DNA of 64,000 nt, taken from the NCBI GenBank assembly GCA_030264375.1, contig JASCQW010000190.1, positions 15,987,528-16,051,527 of the forward strand. The letters run 5' to 3'. Made by a program: the position numbers and the translations under genes. The notes below the pieces were generated by a model. That model was not told where the DNA came from. It worked only from the letters and a program-made list of their open reading frames with translations, and made no database searches. The stretch is from Carcharhinus longimanus. Its lineage: Eukaryota. Below, piece by piece: positions 37,158 to 49,758 of the stretch; position 1 is the stretch's first letter; the number at the start of each line of letters is the position of its first letter.

Positions 37158-40100
37158 TAGCTTATAATTGATGTCGAGAAAAGATACATCGATGAGCGGA
37201 ATTTTATGGTTCAGACAAATAAGACTGGAAATCCCCATCTGAGGTCAACAGAGATTTGTCAGACCTTCGCCTGCTCTGATTTCACAGTGGGCGAGGAGAT
37301 AGGGTTCCGGTCATCATGTCATTAACACTCTAACCTACTAAATGTGGAGACTGGTGGAGGGGCACAGAGTGTCCTATGGATGAAAGTAGCACGATTTTCT
37401 TATTTTTAGATTTTTGTTTCAGGTTTATAATTGTTTTGTAATAGTTTCCAATTACAGGACGCTCCTATTTCAGTGAACGAGAATGGAATTGGTGGGCTTT
37501 TACAGGCTTAGTCAGGAGAATTTGTTTAGGTTATTTGTTTTGCAGAGTGGAAATCTATTTCTGACTCTGTAGAGTTGTCTTTCAATACTTTGCTCAGTAC
37601 TGGTGCTTGAGGCAATCTCTATTTAGAGTTTCTTACAAAGAGGATTTAAATTAAATTTACATTCAAGACAAATCCAGTCAAAACTGATCTAAATGTAATA
37701 TGTAAATCTATGGATGAATGCTGTTCTTTTGAAGTAACCATCTGGCTAACTAAATTTGAAATAAACAGAATTGGTAGTATTCTGGATTGTGATCCCTTGG
37801 GTCTCAATTTATGCTCCAGTGAGACTCCCCTTTAATTTTGAGTTTGACTACCTTTCTCTAGATCTCTCGATCAAATTAGCAGACTATTTCATGTTGAGGG
37901 AAGGGGGAGTTTTATTTCAAGATTAAATATCATGTCTACCAATATTAAGTTGGATTGATGGACAGTTAAAGATGAAACTGGAGGTGGAAAGAGCGAGAAA
38001 TGATAAATCGCATGTTTTTGAGAGGGAGATTTCCAATTTGACATCTGCAATTGTTGAATGAATTGGATTCATTCAGTTCATTGGTTTGTTGTGGATTTCC
38101 ACAACATGTGGCTATTGATACAGCCACTACTAACTGCTGTGAATTTCTGGTGCATGATATTCACGCTATGCAGTCAACTAAAGAACACGAGACCCACTCA
38201 ATGCTGATCTTTATAGTTTTCTGTTCATTGCGTATGTTCTGGGCTAGCTGGTGATACTGACATACTAATTGACAATAACAGCCATGTTGTTCTTTAAATG
38301 CGATTTATTTGGGGGCAGTGTCTGCTGACCATCTTCAGCTGTCTCAGCAATGATTTTATTTGCATCATAAACCCAAATGTTTGCTTATGATTGTGAAGTT
38401 CAGTTTGAAACTCCAGATAATGAAGTAGTCCACGCCTGCACGTGTTAAGAACCCAGCTGATGTTAGGCGCAGAGGATTCCCAAATCCCTGAATGGAAACT
38501 TGGAATGCCAGTTCTTAACCTTTCAGTTTGCAAGTTGGTATAATGTGAGGAAAGTTTCAGACCTCCTGTAATCATTCAAATAAGAAAATGTCCCTTAAAA
38601 TGTAAAACACGTGACAAGAAAGGCAACAAAAATTACACTTAACTACAATAATGGCTATACACACAATATATTCATATTAACCCTGGTCCACATCTATCCA
38701 CTTTCTTAAACGCTGAGAGCACACCTTCCCCAAAGCAACATCTCATAATTTTGAACACCATGAGCCAAATCCAGCAGATAGTTAGCACACATGACCTACA
38801 CCTTTCTGTTGGGAAACTTATCTGCCAATTCAAAGTAGACTCTGCAGGATAAAAGCTTGTTCTTTTTGGGAGAGCTTAGCTTCCAGCTAGGCGTGGTCTC
38901 AGTTCCCATCAGTTGTTCTCCTCCTCTGCAGGACTAACCCTGCCACTGATGCATAGTTTACCCCTTTTGGTCTTGTCTTATCTAAACAACAAGCCCTAGA
39001 ACTCATGCTCTTGACATGTAAATGCAACATTCATTCTTATTTCTCCTTTTGAACTCCTGTCCTCTTTATCTTTAGCTCCTGTAATTCTATGCCCTATTGC
39101 TCTCCAATTTACTTAAGTAAATATCTGTTCACCCTGCTGCAAAGATAATCTATGTATCAAAAGTCCTCAGTGCAGCTGAATCCCTATCAATTTCCTTTCA
39201 TCCTACTCTTTAATCTTCAATTTATTCCAACTTTCTGACAGATATAATGAGATCTAGACAACCCTTAGGTTTAGACTGATAGGTGGCATGAATGTTGCTT
39301 ATCATTTAAGTGCCACATAATGATAATTTCTAACAAAAAGATAAACTGACCATCTCCTCCAGTGGCATCACCATTAATGAATCCCACAACTGGAGATTAT
39401 TGGCCAGGGACTAACTGGGCCAGTTTAAATACTGTTAGGAATTCTATGACAAGTAACTCCCCTGACTCTTGAAAGTGCGTCTAATATCTTCAATCACTAG
39501 CAAAATGTGTGATGAATTACTCTCTACTTGTCTGAATGAGTGGTACTCCAACAGTACTCAAAAAGACCAACACTATCCGACACTAAGCAGGCTTCTTTAG
39601 AGAACACCATCCACTGTCTTAGACATTCATACCCTTTGCCACAGCTATGATATGGTTTCAGTTTGTACTGTCTACACAATGCCCTGCAGCAGCACCTTGC
39701 CAAGACTCCTTGAACAGCATCTTCTAAATCTGTGACCTGTACCACCAAGAAGGATAAGGGCAGCAAACACATGGAAACACTATCCATTGCAAGTTCCCCT
39801 TCACGACCCACAGTTCCCTGACTTGGAACTATATTGCTATTCCTTCACTGCTGCTGGGTCAAAATACCTTCTTAACAGCAGTGTAGGTGTACCTACACCA
39901 GATGGACTGCACCCCCAGTTCAAGAAAGCAGCTCATCGTCATCTCCCCAAGAGTTATTAGGGATGGGCAATAAATGTGCATCTATCCAATGAAGTGCACA
40001 TCCAATGAATAGATAAAAATAGTGGGACTGGGCTGTTGGAGATAACGTAAGGTGATTATTCAACTGCAAGAGCTGTTAAAGAATTGTGGCTTAAGGCAAC

Positions 40101-40695
40101 TATTGGTCTCCCTTCCACTTCTCAACCATCTTCTGTCATCAGTGATGTCTTCCCATTGTACCAAACACATCTTGTCCAAAGATGGTTCTATATGTCGTCT
40201 CTGTCCTGGAACAAATGCATGCAGCAAACTACAAAATATCTTTTGTGGGCCACATTTGGGTTCTACCATACTTGAACTTCATTGCAGTGTGAATGTAAGC
40301 CTACTTGTGACTAATAAATAAAAAACTTAAACTTAAAACTCAAACCAAGCATCAAATTCCAGTGGTCTGCTTAATAAGGGTTCTAATTGACCTTGTTGTA
40401 GCTGAATTTGTTGCTGAGTATGGGCCACTAGGAGTCAATTGTACAAAGGGATAGCCCTTGTTCTCAAGTAGCCAACTACAAGTAATGAGTGGGGAGATGG
40501 AGGAATTTGAGAACTTAAAAGCATCATGGCAGCTGTAAGGGATGCAGGTACAGATCTATGTGATGCACAACTATGATCAGAAAACAATTGGACATTTAAT
40601 TTGACAGTGGCCCTTACCATTCATGAAGGCAGTGGGGTGAAGGTTCTTGTCGAGTGATGTGGGTGCAGTCAATGCTTTGTAACTGGCTTAAATAT

Positions 40696-40823
40696 TGGGT
40701 GGGACTTTATGGCCTCGCTTGTCCCAAAACCAAAAAATCTTGCCCGAGGTCAATGGACTTTCCACGGCCCGCCCTCACTTGCTCCGATTCCCGTGGCAGG
40801 TGGGATAGTAAAGTTCACCCCAT
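40696..40823. mobile_element. Short MITE-like element with imperfect terminal inverted repeats; related elements at ~45290-45400, ~45485-45612, ~45690-45805, ~61088-61200, ~62185-62413, ~63393-63512
   Basis: Ends tgggtgggacttta...taaagttcacccca. Internal cccgaggtcaatggac is shared in reverse with 61088-61200 and 45690-45805. Confidence 0.65.
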
Positions 40824-41861
40824 TGAGTTCAGCTCTGGAGAGAAGGTGATGTCTTGTTATCTGAATTTGACTATTGTAAATTCAACACTGTTAATAGATT
40901 AGTTAATTGAACCTAGACAGAAAGCGCTAGTATCCAGTGACTGTCACTAGACATTTAATTACCAACTATTTCAAAACCTGAGGAACTTGGAAAATATTTT
41001 AATGCTTTTATATAGATTAATAGTGAATTTGATATTTATGTTGGATAATCCAACAATTGATTTCTTTTTTAAAATGATGTTTATTTATTAGTCATAGGTA
41101 AGACTTACATTAACACTGCAATGAAATTGCTGTGAAATTCCCCTAGTTGCCACACTCTGGTACCTGTTCGGCACCTAACCGGCACATCTTTCAGACTGTG
41201 GGAGGAAACTGGAGCACCCGAAGGAAACCCACACAGACACAGGGAGAATGTGCAAACTCCATATAGTGACCCAACCTGGGAATCAAACTTGGGTCCCTGG
41301 CGCTGTGAGGCAGCAGTGCTAACCACTGCGATTTGGTGTCGAATTCGCAAGAAATATTTCAGCGCTGCACAAGCTTTAACCTTAGGAGCTTCTTGGCCTC
41401 GTATTCGCAATGTTATGCCATTGAGTAACTGGGGGTAGTCCAGAAATTCTCATTTATAGAGTTCAATCACACACCAATGGCATTCATATATTGTGGCCAA
41501 TGCGATTCATTGGAATCCCTTGGTTGTTGCAGTTTTCATAGCAGAATGCAATTGATGGATCCAATGCTTTTTACTCATTCCAGGTTTTCTATTTTATTTA
41601 AGACTCTGGAGATTTGTCGCTTAGCAGCTTATGGGAATTGCATCTCCCACATCAGACGACACAACTGCTGGACTTAGGCAGCGATGGATATAGGCAGTCA
41701 GGCATGGTAGCACAATAGTTTAGAAATAGATTGCGCGATAAGCATATTTCTGAAACACCATTCTCAGGAGAAATAATGGATCATATATTATTTATTATGG
41801 CCTACTATTTGCTCATTCTGGAATGTCCCTTTAAAATGGGAGTAGATGTGCAAGTAGATAT

Positions 41862-42195
41862 GGGCGGCAGAGTGGCATAGTGTTTAGCACTGCTACCTTA
41901 CAGCACCAGGGATGCAGGTTCAATTCCAGCCTCGGGTGACTATCTGTGTGGAGTTTGCATGTCCTCCACGTGTTTGCGTGGGTTTTCTTTGGGTGCTCCG
42001 GTTTCTTGCCACAGTCCAAAAATGTGCAGATTAGGTTCATTGGCTGTGTTGAATTGCCTTTTAGTGTTGGGGGACTAGCAGGGTAAATTTATGGGGTTAT
42101 GGGGGTAGAGCCTGGGTGGGATTGTTGTTGGTTCAGAATTGATGGGCCGGATAGCCTCTTTCTGTGCTATAGGGATTCTTCCATGGGATTCTATA
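41862..42195 (+). mobile_element. HE1-type V-SINE (CR1 tail); others at 43073-43382(-), 54128-54461(+), 54989-55310(+), 55347-55656(+), 60765-61085(-)
   Basis: Homologous to 4775-5100 throughout. Confidence 0.9.
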
Positions 42196-42585
42196 AGATA
42201 TCAACAAGTCCTGATGTATGCACTGCAACTCAATCACTTGTTATTGGCAGAGTCAAACAACAGCATGTTATTGTCCCCCTGGTCACAGATGGTGCCAAGC
42301 AAACAAAACTTCACTAAACTACAAGACTGTATCTTCAAGCAAATAACAAGCTGGTTGTCAATGCTGAGAATAAGGGGCTGAGGGTTACTGCTTAATAGAT
42401 AATTAATTTATTTGCTATCTGGCTCTCCTTGAAAGAAATGTAGGCTATATAAAATAATGGCTAATTTCAATATTATTTGTCCCAGTGTAAACACACTGTC
42501 AAAATTGCTAACATTAAGATGAATTTCTCTGAAAATTTGCTAGAATTTAGTCAACTTAATACAAACAGAAGCACTTGTTCAAAAT

Positions 42586-43559
42586 TTTGTGATAATGACC
42601 AGTGTAATGGAAATGCAAAGGCAAAAATATTACAGGCAGCCCTTTAATATGTCGTATTATTGTACAAAATCAGATCATTTACTCTGCACTAATAGTCACA
42701 TCAGAGCTAGTATTGTGGAAAGTACCTTGTTGGGTGCCAATGTAAGACTGGTGTTTCCTTCTCTCTCCCCTGACAATGTGAGCTGTGGTAGCACGAGGGT
42801 TTAAATCCAGCTGTTTTCCACTCCCAGTGGGGAGGTCCCTTTGAGTGAAGCTTTCCTGCTTGGATCGCAGTATCTTTGAATTTATTCAGTTGTTCCTCTG
42901 TAACACAGAAGCAGCCACAGTTTGCTTCTGATTCTTGATGGTGAGGATCAGTTAACTGGCTACAAGGCAGGATGCCTAACATTAATGCCTTAACCAGTAC
43001 CTCCAGAGACATAAATTGGGAATTCATCTCATTACTGCTTGTGGGTCCTTGTATATGGATACAGCGGTGGGATCATAGAATCCCTACAGTGCAGGAGGAG
43101 GCCATTCAGCCCCTCACACCTGCAGCAACAACAAATCTACCCAGGCTCTATTCCTGTAACTGCATGTATTAACCCTGCTGGTCCCCCTGACACTAACGAC
43201 AACTTGGCATGGCCAATCCACCTAACCTTCACATCTTTGGACTGTGGGATGAAACGAGCATCTGGAGGAAACCCAAATAGACATGGAGAGAACGTACAAA
43301 CTCCACACTGACAGTGACCCGAGGCCGGAATTGAACCTGGGTTCCTGGCGCCGTGAGGCAGCAGTGTTAACCACTGTGCCACATGCTTGGATAAGGAACA
43401 CAATAAAGATTTGCATTTGTAATAATAACCAGCGTGAAGGAAATGCAAAGGCAAAAATATAACAGACAGCCCTTTAATACATTGTATTATTGCACAAAAA
43501 CAGAGCATTTGCTGTGTCACATCAGAGCTAGTATTGTGGAAAGTACCTTGTTGGGTGCC
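42586..43559 (+). repeat. Dispersed direct duplication: 42586-42738 and 43416-43559
   Basis: Shared ggaaatgcaaaggcaaaaatat...gtcacatcagagctagtattgtggaaagtaccttgttgggtgcc. ORFs 42589 and 43434 give near-identical peptides (EMQRQKY.RQPFN...HIRASIVESTLLGA). Confidence 0.93.
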
Positions 43560-44129
43560 TTTTCAATCCTCAGGTTGTCCCAAAGCACGTTATGGTCAAT
43601 GAGCTACTTCTTTATTTTGAAATGTTATTTGCAGGAAATGCAGCAGTTAAATTTCATGTGAGGCACTACAAATGGCAATGAGATAATGCCCAGACAATCT
43701 TAACAATAATACAAGTCAAAAATGCTGCGGATATGGGAAATCTGAAGTGAAAACAGAAAATGCTGGAAAATCTGAACATAAGAACATAAGAAATAGGAGC
43801 AGGAGTAGGCCATCTGGCCCTTCGAGCCTGCCCCGCCATTCAATAANNNNNNNNNNNNNNNNNNNNNNNNNNNNNNNNNNNNNNNNNNNNNNNNNNNNNN
43901 NNNNNNNNNNNNNNNNNNNNNNNNNNNNNNNNNNNNNNNNNNNNNNCAAACAGGCCCTTCGGCCCACGAGTTGCGCCGATCACGGCGCAATATTTATAAA
44001 AACTCTTTTATAAAAAGATTTATAAAAACTCTTCCGGGAGGGAGAAATAGAGTTAATTGTTGAGATTTTAACACACTCAAAACTTGATCAAAATCAGGTT
44101 AAAATTCGGTGCCTTTCAGGTCAACAGTT

Positions 44130-45270
44130 GAAAGATAAGCATTGGCCAGGATGCCGGCTAAACAGTGATGTAGGGAATTAAGGGGTTGGTGGAAGGGTAG
44201 AAAGGTAGGTGTCACCGGTTGTACTTGGAAGAGAAAATGACCAAGAAAAGTCACCTGTCTCGCAGGAATGGAGTCAAGGGAGCAGGAGGCCAATCTCATG
44301 GCTGACGTGAACTTGAAAAGAGCAGGAGGACTGATGAGGAAGAAAATAGAAAGAAAAAGAGAGAGAGTGAAAGAGAGAGAGATTGGCAGAGGAGAAATAG
44401 CAAAAGCAACGGGATGAAGGGTCTTGACCCAAATGAGAAGAAGTCCATGATCTCTTGGCTGGAGCTGAAGATGGAGGGAATGTGGGAGAGGAGTTTAAGG
44501 AACTAGTTGGTTGTGGAGTAAAGAAGCTGATGGCCCTTGCTTTCTAGGTTAATCCTGAAGTAGTGGGTGCTTTAGTGTGGAGTTATCCCACTTGATAAAA
44601 CCCAACCAATTTAAATCGTGGAAAGTTAAACCAGATATCGTGAAGTCTTGAACTTAAGCAGGAGAAGATGAAACAGCTGGGAGGGAAGAGAGTAAAGGTT
44701 TTACTGAGAGTCAGGACGTTAAAGATTGAGGTGCAAGAGTGGCTGAAAGTATAGGTACATAGTGAGGAATACAGAGAAGAAAGGGGTCCATATCAATGAT
44801 CAGATTCATGGGAATGGAGAAGAGATGGCAAGACTGAACATTGACAGGGGAATTTACATGGAGCGACAATTTTAAGGATAACAGGAAAGCAGCAAAGAGA
44901 TTGCAATGGGAGTTGAAGCAGGGTGTATGGGTTAGGAGAAAGGGAAGAGATTAAAGTATGATTTCATGTTTGGACCATATTGTTACTACAATGATTTGGT
45001 TGGGGAAGGTGGGAATTGAGTGAGGAGGCTTCCCTCGGGGAATGGTATTACCATCCACCATAATGTCAATGTTCAGGATGTCAATTCCATCATTCCATTG
45101 TGGATGGAAAAGACCTTGTACATGAGTGTGTGATGGAACTTCAGAAGGTGCAAGGGGAGAGGGGAGCGAGCAAGATCGGAAGGACGTTGCTGACATTTGT
45201 ACCAGTGCATTGGGTTGCTGCTGTGAAAGAGAAAGATGCCTGGAAAATGCAACACAACTGGAAATTTGTT
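44130..45270 (-). mobile_element. Old L2-like LINE fragment (endonuclease/linker region)
   Basis: Purine-rich + strand; minus strand shows decayed APE-endonuclease-like segments (GIDIL, LHVNSP, SDH). Confidence 0.45.
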
Positions 45271-48200
45271 TTTGATAATGATGCTGAGACACTGGCTCGA
45301 ATTCTCCGGTGCCATTCGCCCTGCCACAGCTGCCAGCAAGAATGGAGAATTTGGCGCTCAGCCAAAACTTCATCCACTGCAGCAGGACCAGGGAACCCCA
45401 GCCTTTGTCTTTGAATACAATTTTCTCTCAGGAGCTTTGTAGACCTTCCTTGTTTGTTTCTTTTATCTCAGTAAGTGATTTTCCGGGGGTAGAACTTCCA
45501 GTCCCTCCGGCTGGCAGGTTTCTCCTGTCCCGCTGAAGTCAAGGGGCTTTGAATGGCTCACTGCACTTTGTGGTATGGCTCCCACCGTGATGCTGCTGTA
45601 AAATTCCTCCCATTACCTTTGTTTCTCTTGCGAATCATATTCATGGCACTGATTGCTTTTTGCACAGCAGGGGACATTATTTAAAAATAAGGGTAGGAAT
45701 TTTTCTGTCCTGCCTGCCACAGGAATCGTAGTGGGTGAGACGGGACCATGCAAAGGTCCGTTGCCCTCAGGTGGGCTTTTCCAGCACAGCTGGAAAATCC
45801 TGCCTGAGGGGGTCTCCCATTTGGAATGAAGATGCAAAGAATTCTTTTTCTCTCAGAGAGTCAGGAGTTTTAGAACTCACTTTTCAGAGAGTGGCAGATG
45901 CATGGTCATTAAAGATGCTTAAGGCAGAGGTAGATAGATTCTTGACTAACAAGAGGATCAAAGCTTATCGGGAGGTAGGTCGGAAGTGGAACCAGATCAA
46001 GCATGATCGTATTGAATGGTGGGACAGTCTTCTAGGGCTAAATGGCCCTACTCCTGTTCCTAACATGTTTGCTTTTAAAAGAATCATGTTTATATCCTAC
46101 TATATAATCTAATATAATCTAAAATCTTCAAGACAAATAAGAGTTGTTAATGCAAAACAAATACATTTTAAAACATGCAAGATTCTGAGTTCATTTCAAA
46201 ATGAAGAATGCAATGTTTTAAAGTTTGATGCAAATATAAGGATGCACATAGCACTGCATCTTCGGATTTGATTGCATCGATACAATAACCTCAATATTCC
46301 CATGTGTGCATCGCAAGAGAGATTTATGGCTGCTGATCCAAAATGAATACAGGATAATAGTTTCCAGCTTCCACCACCAACCCCCAAAAACCACAATTCA
46401 TGTTTATACACATTGCGAATATACTCGCTGTACTTTGTATTAAAGCAGTTTATCAATTCATAACTGTCCGCGCCTCGCCAAGTGTTTGCTTGGTTTTCTG
46501 TCAGAGACAAAGAAGAAACAAGTGTCCAGCTTAGATGATAAGACATTACCGTTATGGTTTGATGGTAGCAGAAACAGGACATAGAGTCAACTCCTATAAA
46601 AATAAAATGCTCAGACTACTTGCAGGAGTGATTGGATGTAAGAAAGCTTTCTCGGCAGACTCAAATTTCTAGCTGTCTGACAGGCAATGTTTTTTGATCA
46701 TGGTCAAACCTAAATGTCAACAGACAATCTGACATAAACAACCTTGCAGTAATTACTCTGAGGGGTCTCGACTCCTTGGGTTCCCCAAAGCCACAGTATA
46801 ATTTTTCCTGTTAAGCCTTGAGTTTAGTATTACTGAATAATATTCAATGGGTTACATGTTTTTCATCAAAAAGGTTCTTTAAATCATTGTAATCTGTCAT
46901 ATTCTCTGTTGCCAATGCCTCTTGGAGCTGCTTTCGATTAAGGCGTGTAGACACAACACATCCCCATTAACCATTGGAGAAAAACATTAACAGTTCCAAG
47001 AGATAAAAGCTACTCTCCTGTGGATCGAGAAATGGTGAGAAGTTGATGATTAGGAGAATTGATCAATGTTATTCAGAACTCCTTGAATATTTGCCAGTAC
47101 GGGAAGGAGCTCTTGTACTAAATAACCATTAAGTCATCCAGTAAAATTGCTTATGTGACTGAATAGTCACTTCAGAAATGATTGGATTTGACAGCAAGCA
47201 TCTAAATTTGAAAAACTTTTGGATGACATGTACTTTTAAAGTATTTCATTAATTGACCTTTGACTAATTTACATGATTTAAGGTAGTCTAGGCGAAAGCA
47301 GGCTTCCTTTAAAATGTGCTCCGACAGTGTTGTGTAATTCTGAATTCTAAAACTCAGCTACCTCTTTGCTAACTTGCATCAAGTCCCGTTCACATGTTAC
47401 CCCTATGGTCATTGACCGACATTCATTGCCTGTCAATGCAGTGATTGTAAAATTCCATCCTTACTTTTGGAAACCTCCATGTCTCCCACCCACCCCTGTC
47501 ACCCTCCCAGCCCCCCAACCCCCCACCCCACCCCACCCAAACCCTCCTCCACCCCTTCATATCTCTGCAGCCTCTTCTAGGTCTACAAACCTCCAAGGTC
47601 TCTCAACTTTTCCAATTCTGGCCTCTTGAACATTCCCGATTTCTATCTCTACATCACTGGTGCCCATGTCTTCAGCTGCCTAGGCCCTCCATGAAGCTCT
47701 CCACTTCTTCAAGAATAGATGGTTCATTATCTGGACCGTCCTGAGCAGCATGTAGCTCCCTTGTGAATTTGAGCATGTACCCATGTGTTCAGTTGCTTTG
47801 AGATACTGAAAGGGTACAAGTGAAGTACGAAGGTGGTGGCGTGGTGGTATTGTCACTGGACTAGTATTCCAGAGACCCTGGGTAGTGCTTTGGGGACCCT
47901 GGGTTTGAATCCCATTACGGCAGATGGTAAAATTTGAATTCAATAAAAAATCTGGAATTAAACCAATTGTCAATTATCGTGAAAACCCATCTGGTTCACT
48001 ATGTCCTTCATGGGAAGGAAATCTGCTGTCCTTATTTCGTCTGGCCGACATGCGACCCATAGAAGCAGGAGTAGGCCATTTGGCCCTTTGAGCCTACTCT
48101 GCCATTCATTTTGATCATGGCTGATCATCGAATTCAATATCCTGATTCCCCCCTTTCCCCCCATATCAATGATGGAAGCGGGGAGAATTGCAAAAAAAAA

Positions 48201-48639
48201 TTCCCTGGTATCCTTCTGTAATATTGCTGTTTGCCTGCTGATGTGTTAACTGTTTTTCTTTTTATTTTACCATCGGTATTTCAAGGAGTTAGCGGGGAAG
48301 GAGTGTGGTAGTGTGGCCCCTTTCAAGGGTGATCTTGCGTGGGCTACGTAACCGGATTGGAACCAATGGAGGGTGAGTGCGCAGAACTCATCCAATTGGG
48401 AGCGAGGGTGCACGTCCCCAGGACCAGGAGGTTGCAGTTGGAGTCAGGGTGTTGTTGGGAGTAGACCTGTACAGCTGGGCTGTTAAACCCTTCACTCTAC
48501 ATACTTCTTCCCAATCAAAAAATCCTACAGTTTGCTACATGCCACATCAAGTCACCTTGAGTTAATTTACCAGCCCTTCCCGCTGACAGGATCTTCCAGT
48601 CCCACCAAAGGCAACTCTGGTCTATCGGATAGATTTAAA

Positions 48640-48850
48640 AATGCAGCGTTGAGCATAGAGATTGGTTCTCTAGATATCTAGAGTGTGCAGAATAATGCCA
48701 ACAGTGTGGGTTTAATCCTGATACTGGCTGTGGTAGTTCAGGAGGACCTGCCGTTGTGCTTTGCCCCATACTTGATGTAGGGAGGTGCCCGTCAAGCAAC
48801 ACATCCATTTAGTTCTGTGTTTCTCAGGAAGTGATGCCAGTGGGTTTGAC
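48640..48850 (+). mobile_element. Degenerate tRNA-derived SINE (third family)
   Basis: tRNA-like 3' half aatgccaacagtgtgggtttaatcctgatactggctg followed by a SINE-like body. Confidence 0.45.
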
Positions 48851-49758
48851 AAGCAGGGGAAGAGCACCTACTCTAGAGGAGATGGGGCTTAATGTCGTAC
48901 CCCAATGATGTTGGTTGAACATTTTAAGCCAAGGACTGATTAAGCTCTGTACCATCTGGAAAACACACACACTATCAAGACTTTTGGATCTTCATTTATC
49001 TGGCTGGGGACTTTTGTATTTCTATGTTTGCTTAATACAAACTTATCATGTGCTGGGAAATAGGTTTAGCACCTCTTTGGTGTAGTTATTGCCAGTGCAG
49101 AATCGATGGGCCAAAGGGCCATCTCACACAGGTCTGGTAAACTAAACATAGAACATAGAACATTACAGCGCAGTACAGNNNNNNNNNNNNNNNNNNNNNN
49201 NNNNNNNNNNNNNNNNNNNNNNNNNNNNNNNNNNNNNNNNNNNNNNNNNNNNNNNNNNNNNNNNNNNNNNNNNNNNNNTGGATATTGTCCAGATCTTGTT
49301 GCATTTGAACATGGACTGCTTCAGTATCTGAGGAGTTGTGAATGGTGCTGAACATTGTGCAATCATTAGCGAACGTCCCCACTTCTGACCTTATGACAGA
49401 GGGAGGGTCATTGATGAAGCAGCTGAAGATGGTTGGGCCGAGGACACTGCATTGAGGGACTCCTGCAACGATGTCCTGGAGCTGAGATGACTGAGATGAC
49501 ACTCAGTCGAATGTGGCCTTGATGTCAAGGGCAGTCACTCTCACTTTACTTCTAGGCTACTCACTTCTGAGCATATTCTCTCTTAAAGTGATATCACAGC
49601 TGGTATCATTTCTGTGAGATACCCGCCCTCAACGAATGTTAACTTGTGTCCGCCAGAAGTGGGATGTTTCCCATTAGGTGGGAGTCATTGTTCGGACAGA
49701 CAGATGAAGCATGTGAATTACAATAAGTAACTTCTAGTCTTAACTACTTCTTGCCCAG

